From Acidovorax sp. (GTDB lineage Bacteria > Pseudomonadota > Gammaproteobacteria > Burkholderiales > Burkholderiaceae_C), in contig NZ_JBKBTV010000010.1 of NCBI RefSeq assembly GCF_046291265.1, positions 19,199 through 83,198 of the forward strand: a stretch of 64,000 bases of DNA, given 5' to 3'. The first letter of the stretch is position 1, and each line of letters begins with the position of its first letter. The position numbers and the translations under genes were made by a program. Below, piece by piece: positions 30,001 through 36,062 of this stretch. Below the pieces are notes generated by a model that was not told the origin of the DNA, made no database searches, and saw only the letters and a list, made by a program, of their open reading frames with translations.

Positions 30001-32837
30001 TGCCGCCGCAGCGTGGCCAGCAGCCCCGTGCTCAGGGCGTTCTGCGCGGCCTCGGCGGTGGTCCATTCCAGCAGACGTCGGCGACTCACCCGTTGCCGGT
30101 GCACGGTGCGCACCACCGCATCGCCCAGCAACCAGGCCTGCTGCGGCAGCAGCGCCAGGTGCCACACACCCGCTGCCAGCGCGCGCAACAGGTCTACCGA
30201 GGCCTCGTGCACAAACCGCACACCCACCTGCCCCCAGCGGCTGGGCACCCAGCCTGCCAGCGCCCCCATCAGCGGTGCGGCCGCATAGGCGGCCACCACC
30301 ACCGCCAAGGTGGTCTTGAGCGGCAGCCCCACGCCCATGAACGACAGCACCGTGAGCAGCAACGACGCGGGCGCCACCAGCGAACGGCGCAGGTTGTCCA
30401 GCAGCTTCCAGCGGTGGATCGGGCCAATGCCCCAGCGGTGAGCGTTTCGCAAAAACGGCCACAGCTGCCAGTCCCCCCGCGTCCAGCGGTGCAGGCGGGA
30501 TGCCGCGGTGTCGCTGTGTTCGGGTTCGGCCTCCACCAGCGTCACGTCGCTCACCACGGCGCAGCGTGCCAGCGCGCCTTCCAGCAGGTCATGGCTGAGT
30601 ACCTGGCCTTCCGGCAGCCGCCCGCCCAGCACGGCGTGCACGGTGGCCACATGCAGCAGGCCCTTGCCGGTAAAGCTGCCTTCGGCAAAAAAGTCCTGGT
30701 AGACGTCGGACGTCATGGCGCTGTAGGGGTCCAGCCCCTGCTGGCCTGCAAACAACCACTGCCACAGCGACGTGGTGGCGTGCACGGGCAACGGCGCCAG
30801 CACGCGCGGCTGCAAAATGCCGTATCCCTGCACCACCCGCTGCCCGGAGGCATCCAGCCGGGGCTGGTTCTCGGGGTGTTCGGCCACGCCCACCAGGCTG
30901 CGCAGGCGGCCCGGGGGCAACTGGGTGTCGCTGTCCAGTGTGAGCACATACCGGGTGTGCGGCGCCAGCCGCGACAAGCTGCCCAGGTTGGCGAACACAT
31001 CGGACGCACCCGTTGCCAGCGCGGCCACCAGTTGTTCCAGCTTGCCCCGTTTTCGCTCCCAGCCAATCCACTGCTGCTGGGTGGCGCTGAAAGTGCGCGG
31101 GCGGTGCAACAGCACAAAGCGCTGTGGGCTTCCGAACACGGCTGGGTACTGCGCGTTCAAGGCCCGCATCAGGCCCTGCGCATGGGCCAGCAGCGCAGCG
31201 TCTTCGGGCAATTCGGCCGTGTGGGCATCGACCCCATCGGTCAGCAACGCAAACTGCGCGTGCGGCTCGGGGTTGGCCAGGTAATGCAGATGCAGGCGGT
31301 GCACCAGCCGGGCGATGGCGCCCTGGCTGCTCAGCATGGCGGGGATCACCACCACCGTGCGGGCAGAAGCCGGAATGCCTGCGGGGAGCAAGTAACGCGG
31401 CATGTAGGTGGGCTTGACCGACTCGCCAATCAGCCGGTTGACCACAGCCACCACAATTTCAGACAGCGGCAGCACCAGCAAGGCGGCGACCAGAAAAGCG
31501 CCAGCCCAATGCAATGCGTCTGCGTAGTGCCAACCGGACGACCCCCACAGTTCGGGTGAGACCATCAAACCCACCAGCAAAACCAGGGTGCCCAGCAACA
31601 ACGCCCCCAGATACACCGGCACGCGCGACAGCGCGGCGGCTGAGCGCCACAACGCCACCGCATCGGTGGTGTGGCGGCGCGCGCCCAGCACCTGCTCCAG
31701 TTGCGCACACCCTGCCCCCTGCAGCCAGTAGCCCGCCAGTGCGGCAGGCCCGGTGGCGCCCGTCATCAGGGCCAGCAGCGCCTTGGCCACGGCGGCCTCG
31801 CCACAGCCACTGCGCGCGGACAAGCGTTCTATGCCGTGCAGCGTGGTGTTGCGGGTGGATTCGTCTTCGGCTGCGAACACGGGTGACTGCAGCATCACGC
31901 GCAGCACCAGGCTGGTCTGGGCAATGATGTCCGCCCAGTCGGCCGCGCCAATCAACCGCAGTGCGGTCACGGCGTTGCCTATGCTCAGCTGGTCGGCTGC
32001 CTGGTCGATTTGTTGACGGGTTTGCAGCGCCACCAGGTCCGGCACCGCCGTGTCCAGCCAGCGCAGCGCAGGAAATACCTCTTGAGCATGCCCCCCCAGC
32101 GAACGCCGCCCCGCCAGCGCCTGCGCCAAGTGCACCAGAAAGACGGGGGCCACACCGCGCTGTGCCATGGCCGACCCGGCAGCGTCCAGCGCCTCCATGG
32201 TCAGGTCCTTGTAGTGGGTGGCACATTGGCTGGCCAGCTCTTGGGCCGCCTTGTGGCTGGCCAGGCGCTCTGCCAGACGGCGCAGGTTTTCGATCAGCAC
32301 CGCCCGCAAGGTGGTGGGCAACGCCCACAGCTCCCCCTGCGTCAGTTCGCGCGTGCCTTGGTAAGCATCGAGAAAGTGAACCAGTAGCGACTCGTCAAAC
32401 GCACTGTCGGTGTGCGCCACAAACGACCAGGCCACGCCGTAGACACGGGGCAGCCCTTCCAGCGGCGCGTGCTGCAACACCGGTAACGAACGGTAATACC
32501 GCGGCGGCAACCCGGCGCGGATCTCCTTGAGCTGGCTTTCGATGAGGTGAAAGTTGTCAAACAGCCATTCCGCCGCGGGGCTGACGGCGTGCTCATCGTG
32601 CGATGCGTCGAAGATGTAGCGGTACGCCCCCCGCAGCGCGCGGATGTTGCTCTGCAGCCGGGGGTAGAACGTGGTGCGGCCAAAGGGCGCCTTGCCAGCC
32701 TCGTGCGATGCCCCCAGGTGGCGGCCATGCTCCTCAAAACGCGCAATACCAAACACTTCTGCCCGCAGCGGGTCCAGCATGCGGTCGATGGCGGGTTCTA
32801 CCCAGGGCCACTGCGTGCGCAACCCCTGGCGCGCCAC
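24078..32837 (-). CDS. ndvB: cyclic beta-1,2-glucan synthase (NdvB/ChvB/Cgs type: glycosyltransferase plus GH94 phosphorylase-like domains)
   Basis: Track ORF is 24078..32975 (2,965 aa). GT motifs are LDSDTQLPPG and LHRWTRGDWQ. It has several TM blocks. The C-terminal GH94-like region contains GGGDWNDGMN. Candidate starts are GTG 32837 (2 nt after the micro-ORF stop) and ATG 32780 (MLDPLRAEVFGIARFEEHG). The 32975 start would overlap the micro-ORF. Confidence 0.9.
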   Translation of the reverse strand: MARQGLRTQWPWVEPAIDRMLDPLRAEVFGIARFEEHGRHLGASHEAGKAPFGRTTFYPRLQSNIRALRGAYRYIFDASHDEHAVSPAAEWLFDNFHLIESQLKEIRAGLPPRYYRSLPVLQHAPLEGLPRVYGVAWSFVAHTDSAFDESLLVHFLDAYQGTRELTQGELWALPTTLRAVLIENLRRLAERLASHKAAQELASQCATHYKDLTMEALDAAGSAMAQRGVAPVFLVHLAQALAGRRSLGGHAQEVFPALRWLDTAVPDLVALQTRQQIDQAADQLSIGNAVTALRLIGAADWADIIAQTSLVLRVMLQSPVFAAEDESTRNTTLHGIERLSARSGCGEAAVAKALLALMTGATGPAALAGYWLQGAGCAQLEQVLGARRHTTDAVALWRSAAALSRVPVYLGALLLGTLVLLVGLMVSPELWGSSGWHYADALHWAGAFLVAALLVLPLSEIVVAVVNRLIGESVKPTYMPRYLLPAGIPASARTVVVIPAMLSSQGAIARLVHRLHLHYLANPEPHAQFALLTDGVDAHTAELPEDAALLAHAQGLMRALNAQYPAVFGSPQRFVLLHRPRTFSATQQQWIGWERKRGKLEQLVAALATGASDVFANLGSLSRLAPHTRYVLTLDSDTQLPPGRLRSLVGVAEHPENQPRLDASGQRVVQGYGILQPRVLAPLPVHATTSLWQWLFAGQQGLDPYSAMTSDVYQDFFAEGSFTGKGLLHVATVHAVLGGRLPEGQVLSHDLLEGALARCAVVSDVTLVEAEPEHSDTAASRLHRWTRGDWQLWPFLRNAHRWGIGPIHRWKLLDNLRRSLVAPASLLLTVLSFMGVGLPLKTTLAVVVAAYAAAPLMGALAGWVPSRWGQVGVRFVHEASVDLLRALAAGVWHLALLPQQAWLLGDAVVRTVHRQRVSRRRLLEWTTAEAAQNALSTGLLATLRRHLFAPVFAMGCAVALWGLSLNQGAGSDGLLTAALPVLVLWALAPLLVWCANIARPVPSAQPLTTEDRLLLEGVARDTWRLFERSVDAQNHHLPPDNLQTVPYEMLARRTSPTNIGLYLLSTICARQFGWIGTQELLDRLEATLATLHTMERHRGHFLNWYDTETALPLHPRYVSTVDSGNLCAHLVAVAQACSVLALHPLDPQAGATARRASLARLQPRLRALPRVGVDMARQVALSRLLGIHSATDLATGEPLPGTTAFRTLLSQAQEELRLLAVPRHPAIVHSHPTEHDELLWLLADHLATLHSADRDATAVQLGGAEAASKRLVALAEALDALAWQADFRFLYHPKRHLLHIGYRLEDQQLDTSFYDLLASESRTTSLFAMAKGDVPMRHWAALGRPFFANGFHAVLRSWSGSMFEYLMPTLVMAEPHHSALSEAGRSALREHETFVQRTALDMGLGGSIPWGISECAYAGRDHTLAYQYAPQGVPRLALRRAPVGELVIAPYATALATQVDVGAACANFRALTTLSARGRYGFYEALDFTPERQTHGEKHTLVSTYMAHHQGMTIVALANVLLGGIAQRWGVAHARIEAMLPLLQERAPRELPALLVTPPRLPLHTRQKKTPDHVRPVVPGAQALEPTHLLSNGRYSVTLRANGAGWSRWHQTGISRWRDDALRDAQGSFLYVRQSGSSVPASITSHPAPDERAVYHSIFHTDRVCFDALWPGLKAHTTVWVSPEDDIELRKVVVSNLGDAVIELELISALDVTLATHAADEAHPAFSNLFVKAEWLPAQQALRFVRTPRLQTETTLQAAHFVADVEGHVLGLRCQTDRQLWLGRNHTPAQPLALLSRVPEVPSTLDTGLDPVAALGVMLRIAPGAQACVTFATAASQDPATLEAIIDKYRQRTYVERASAMSATLASIQWASHRPHRDYLPALQALTTALVLTLPKMEGQGVGMVALQAAPHRVCDRRVLWPLGISGDRPLVLVMAGSPQGMGLLRTMAQALREWAHGGVACDMVVLSSESHSYHMPLQRELTLLREHHDADLLTRTGPAVTSLRVLRMDELSVNQLSTLASLARITLHADGHPLMHQIKAWIAEQGASTATAWRGGATDEVPTHQSSTRVLAPEGSFAPVTATFGFDVGTGLRPPRPWVNVLANPHLGTQLSETGAGNTWALNSRLNQLTAWSNDPVADPPAEWLLLQDRRTREVWSLAPSAWGAGDVIYHVAHAQGTTTISHRRGALDVVVRWCVDPVTAVKQVHVQARNLGGRRAHLRLVGMVEWMMGEKRGDRATLATAPCFAPQPDGRLQGLLCTQTEEAAGFGGGTAFFCESSAGPGADERVNESLDWTCDRREFFDAWGDLVLPLQMGQRSGFGLDPCAALSRMVTLRAGASFEHVYLMGYAANESAARKLVGSALAVAATARAAASIAHWNALLGATHVVTPDPLFDAMVNRWLLYQTVASRLYAKAGFYQAGGATGYRDQLQDTMALSWAQPGALRAQIVLCASRQFEAGDVQHWWHSPGGAGVRTHFSDDLLWLPFACAHYLQRTADSALLNEQVPFLEGSAIPEGAEDIYETPHASTTTASVYEHAARAIDHSLRVGDHGLPLMGGGDWNDGMNRVGDGGRGESVWLAWFLCAIATDWIALARQRGDLARVERWHTALTGWRAALDTQAWDGDWFKRAYFDDGTPLGTHTRDEGRIDLIAQAWSVLSGAASVEQQHHAMAAVEAHLVDHDSGLIQLLAPPLRHAEPSAGYIQAYPPGVRENGGQYAHGGVWALMAAAALAVQASPEMGDIDGADSEGAGDVPYRYFTYLSPAHRARHPVWGPLYGVEPYVMAADIYSQPPYVGRGGWSWYTGAAGWLHRAAVESIMGLQMSAHDLFFIPCLPSHWPGAEICLLRAGVTLRFVLVRMTAAQEAGRHLPDSVPSGARWLSVGQRLRWVEEKTNACFVIPLHPTDDFSVPLAENVLEGVVR

Positions 32838-32839
32838 GC

Positions 32840-33082
32840 CTAACCGACCAGCGATACAGCCCCCACCAGCAGCGTGATGCCAAGCGCTGCGGTCACCACA
32901 TGCGTGGCCACCACCGACTGCAGAAAAGCGGCTCCCGCCAGCACCGAATCCAACGGCCCACGCTGCGCGCCGCAATGGGTCAGGTGGTCACCCAGGGTGG
33001 ACAGCTCTACGAGGGACATGTCCGCAGGTTGCCCTGCGCAAGAGGTGTCCCACGCAGAGCAGAAAGTGGATGAATGGGACAT
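32840..33082 (-). CDS. 80-aa tail-anchored membrane micro-protein (hypothetical)
   Basis: This is the inner ATG (33082) of track ORF 32840..33184. It has the strongest SD in the window (AAGGAGG, 5-nt spacer). GC3 is about 70% by my own count. The sequence is MSHSSTFCSAWDTSCAGQPADMSLVELSTLGDHLTHCGAQRGPLDSVLAGAAFLQSVVATHVVTAALGITLLVGAVSLVG, with a C-terminal TM helix. Its TAG stop lies 2 nt before the in-frame GTG of ndvB. Confidence 0.45.
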   Translation of the reverse strand: MSHSSTFCSAWDTSCAGQPADMSLVELSTLGDHLTHCGAQRGPLDSVLAGAAFLQSVVATHVVTAALGITLLVGAVSLVG

Positions 33083-33087
33083 GAAAA

Positions 33088-33150
33088 CCTCCTTGTACGA
33101 ATGAACTGCGCGGCTGCGTGGCAGCAACGCTCTGAGGTTCTTGTACAAGG
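33088..33150 (-). promoter_or_regulatory. possible SD-sequestering stem in the micro-ORF/ndvB leader
   Basis: On the minus-strand RNA, 5'-CCUUGUAC-3' (33150-33143) is perfectly complementary to 5'-GUACAAGG-3' (33098-33091). The latter overlaps the AAGGAGG SD (33094-33088). The loop is about 44 nt. Confidence 0.25.
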
Positions 33151-33242
33151 CGCCAACACACTGGGTCTGTGCGCTGCCGAACACATGGGGACACGGGGTA
33201 TTTGGCCTACACGCGCCGTGCCGTTTCGGGCCTTTGGCCTAC

Positions 33243-33830
33243 CTAAAAAAGCGGCAATGTCCCACCTGGACAAGCGCCTTCGATCTGAAGCAATCGCAGC
33301 TTGGTCAGCGCGCCCCCACCGGCCGAGAAGCCACCGGGCTTGTCGCCCGCCGCCAGCACACGATGGCATGGCACCACCGGCGCAAAGGGGTTCAGCCCCA
33401 GTGCCTGGCCTACCGCACGCGACAGCCCCTTGCTGCCGATCTGCTCGGCCACCTCGCCATAGGTGCGCGTGCTGCCCGGCGGTATGGCCCGGGCAATGGC
33501 ATAGACCTGCTGGTGAAACGGTGAGATGCCAGACATGTCGAGTGGCACCTCGCACAGGTCGCGTGGCTGCCCGGTGAGCAGCGCCTGGATGCCTTCGATG
33601 GCGCTGCGCACGGCGGGCGGTGACTCTGCAGAACCGGCGCAACACGGAGAAAGGCCGCGCAGCAAACGCGCCTGGGTGGCTTGGGCATCCGCCTCGGGCA
33701 ACTGCACCGCCACAATGCCGCCCGGCCCCCAGGCGATGCCGCAGGTGCCGATGGCCGTGTCGAAGAGCGCATGGCCATGGCCCCAAGCGCTGCCCGGCAC
33801 GGGGTGAGCAGATGCGGCAAGAGACACCAT
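33243..33830 (-). CDS. ogt: methylated-DNA--protein-cysteine methyltransferase
   Basis: ORF track, 195 aa. The active-site motif is VVPCHRV, and the C-terminal DNA-binding domain contains TYGEVAEQIG. Confidence 0.85.
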   Translation of the reverse strand: MVSLAASAHPVPGSAWGHGHALFDTAIGTCGIAWGPGGIVAVQLPEADAQATQARLLRGLSPCCAGSAESPPAVRSAIEGIQALLTGQPRDLCEVPLDMSGISPFHQQVYAIARAIPPGSTRTYGEVAEQIGSKGLSRAVGQALGLNPFAPVVPCHRVLAAGDKPGGFSAGGGALTKLRLLQIEGACPGGTLPLF

Positions 33831-33900
33831 TTACTACTCTTTTAATAGCTATCAGCGCTTACTGGATAAGCGCTAGAGGCCATTTTTACTCATATTTTTG
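33830..33900 (+). repeat. copy C of repeat family 1, abutting the ogt start codon
   Basis: The sequence is tttactactcttttaatagctatcagcgcttactggataagcgctagaggccatttttactcatatttttg. Its right flank is identical to copy B over ttttactcatatttttg. Confidence 0.9.
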
Positions 33901-33922
33901 CCACACTAACCGATCAACGCCA

Positions 33923-34828
33923 TCAATCCGCCCGCAGCGCGGTGCGCAGCTGCGCACCCAACTCAGGCTTGGCGGCAAACGGGTCGGTGGGGTTGCGCAT
34001 CAGCATGATGTCTTCCATGCGCGTCTGCACGGAGGCAATGGCCTTGGGGTGGCTGTAGATGTAGAACTGGCCTTGCGCCGCGGCGTCGAACACTTTCTGC
34101 GCCACCTCGGCAGCGGTGACCTTGCCACTGCCCACGGCCTTGTCGCTCATGGCCTGGCCGATGAGCTGGCTCTTGGTGGGCTTGTCGGCCGGCAGCTCGC
34201 CCGGGCGGTTGCGGTGGCTCTGGCTGATGCCGGTGGGCACAAAGAAGGGGCACAACACGCTGGCGCTGACCTGGTCGGTGACGAGCGCCAAGTCCTGGTA
34301 CAGCGTCTCCGACAGGCTGACCACTGCGTGCTTGCTCACGTTGTAGATGCCCATGTTGGGCGCCGCCAGCAGGCCCGCCATGCTGGCGGTGTTGACGATG
34401 TGGCCGCGCCAGGCCGGGTCTTTTTTGGCGGCAGCCAGCATCATGGGGGTGAACAGGCGCACGCCGTGCACCACGCCCATGACGTTCACGCCCAGCACCC
34501 ATTCCCAGTCTTTCACCGAGCTTTCCCACACCAGCCCGCCCGCGCCCACGCCTGCGTTGTTGAATACAAGGTGCGGCGCGCCAAAACGCTGCTCCACGTC
34601 CGCGGCCAGCTGCTCCATCTGGGCGGCGTTCGATACATCGACCTTGCGGGCCAGCACCTGGGCACCGGCGGCTTGCATCTCGGCCGTGGCGGCGTCCAGC
34701 GCGTCTTGCTGCACGTCCACCAGCACGAGGTTCATGCCCAGGCGAGCACCAATGCGCGCGCATTCAAGGCCAAAGCCCGAACCTGCGCCGGTGAGTACGG
34801 CGGTTTTGCCAGAAAAGTTGTCGATCAT
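33923..34828 (-). CDS. SDR family oxidoreductase
   Basis: Track ORF is 33923..34891. ATG 34828 (MIDNFSGKTAVLTGAGSGFG) is preceded by GGAGAC. The catalytic YNVSK motif is present. Confidence 0.85.
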   Translation of the reverse strand: MIDNFSGKTAVLTGAGSGFGLECARIGARLGMNLVLVDVQQDALDAATAEMQAAGAQVLARKVDVSNAAQMEQLAADVEQRFGAPHLVFNNAGVGAGGLVWESSVKDWEWVLGVNVMGVVHGVRLFTPMMLAAAKKDPAWRGHIVNTASMAGLLAAPNMGIYNVSKHAVVSLSETLYQDLALVTDQVSASVLCPFFVPTGISQSHRNRPGELPADKPTKSQLIGQAMSDKAVGSGKVTAAEVAQKVFDAAAQGQFYIYSHPKAIASVQTRMEDIMLMRNPTDPFAAKPELGAQLRTALRAD

Positions 34829-34896
34829 GTTGTTGTCTCCTTGAATTGAACGGTGGTTGTGTTGATCAGGGTCCAGGTCGGTACGGTGCATCTACG

Positions 34897-34997
34897 CCCA
34901 TTCGCCTTGAGCCTGCCTGTCCTGAGCTTGTCGAAGGGTCGAAGCGCTTTCTGCGCGATGCGCGCCCTGGCTTCGACAGGCTCAGCCCGAACGGGTG
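34897..34997. repeat. REP family 2, inverted pair
   Basis: The left arm cccattcgccttgagcctg...gtcgaaggg is the imperfect reverse complement of the right arm ggcttcgacaggctcagcccgaacgggtg. Confidence 0.85.
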
Positions 34998-35096
34998 GGG
35001 TGGGATGGCGAAACGTATGGGCAGAGGGCCTTTGGTGCGGCGTCCGTGGCGCATGTCGCGCAAGCGGTGCGCGGGGCGACGCAGCGGCAGTGCCAC

Positions 35097-36032
35097 TCAG
35101 GACGACGCAGCCCTCAACACGTACCCAATGCGTGGGAAATGCACGTGAACTGTTCCGGCGCGCGGGTCGGTGCGTCGCACCGTGTAGCGGGTGCGGGTGG
35201 CGGCAATCAGCTCGCCTTCGGTGGGCTCGGTGCCAAAAGTCTCCGCGGCAATCGTGACCTGGGTGCCCAGTGCAATGCCATGTTCGTCCTGGAACACATC
35301 GTCCATCAGGGGCAATGGGTCGAGGCCCGCCGCGACGGTGATCGCGTCTTGGGCGGTGAACTTCTCCGTGCGGCCGTGGCCCAGGGCGGCCATGCGGTCC
35401 ATCCATTCAAGCACTGCCGGGGTGGCCGCAAAAATGTCGGCCATCACCGGCACACACTGGCGGGTGAACCACAGCGGGTGGTAGGCCGCAAAGTCGGCCA
35501 GGCAGGGCTCGGCGCCAAACAAAAAGTCGTGTTCTTCCACCATGTGCGCAATGCGTCGCAGGTACGAGCGGTAGGCAGCAGTGGCGTCGGCCGGGCGCAG
35601 GCGCTGCATGCCAGCGCTCATCTCGCGGCGGTCCTCGCCAAAGGCCTCCGCGGCCTGGGGCGGCAAATTGGCAAACATCACGGCCGCGCCACGGGGCTGC
35701 AGGTTGTAGGCCATGGCGGCCCAGAACAACGTGGTGTCGGCCCACTGCGCAAACACGCGGGCCACACCCTTCAAGTGCGGCGGGTACAGCACGGGTTCGG
35801 GCTGCTCGTGCTCGAGCACATCGCAGATCAAGGCCGAGTCGCAATAGATGTCGGCACCGATCTGCAGAAACGGGGTCTTGCGGTAGCCGCCCGTCAGCGC
35901 CAGCACATCGGGCTTGGGCATGATGCTGGGGATGACCACAGACTTCCAGGCCAGTTGCTTGGAGCCCAGCACCAGGCGGATTTTTTCGGAAAACGGCGAC
36001 GAGGGGTAGTGGTGCAGGATGAGGTGGGACAT
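35097..36032 (-). CDS. glutathione S-transferase family protein
   Basis: ORF track, 311 aa. The N-terminal thioredoxin-like GST fold reads LHHYPSSPFSEKIRLVLG...TPFLQIGADIYCDS. Confidence 0.75.
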   Translation of the reverse strand: MSHLILHHYPSSPFSEKIRLVLGSKQLAWKSVVIPSIMPKPDVLALTGGYRKTPFLQIGADIYCDSALICDVLEHEQPEPVLYPPHLKGVARVFAQWADTTLFWAAMAYNLQPRGAAVMFANLPPQAAEAFGEDRREMSAGMQRLRPADATAAYRSYLRRIAHMVEEHDFLFGAEPCLADFAAYHPLWFTRQCVPVMADIFAATPAVLEWMDRMAALGHGRTEKFTAQDAITVAAGLDPLPLMDDVFQDEHGIALGTQVTIAAETFGTEPTEGELIAATRTRYTVRRTDPRAGTVHVHFPRIGYVLRAASS

Positions 36033-36062
36033 GGGGTTCTCCGCAAAAATTTGTAGGGCGAA

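Noticed and set aside
32838-32975. The longest-ORF start of ndvB at 32975.
   Set aside because: It would overlap the micro-ORF by about 135 nt in another frame. The encoded N-terminal 46 residues are Gly/Ala/Arg-rich with no resemblance to the synthase. The downstream starts (GTG 32837 or ATG 32780) are more plausible.
33200-33243. Direct repeat TTTGGCCTAC x2, spaced about 32 nt apart, just downstream of the ogt stop.
   Set aside because: It is short with only two copies, has no convincing hairpin or T-run, and matches no known motif I recognise. It cannot be distinguished from chance.
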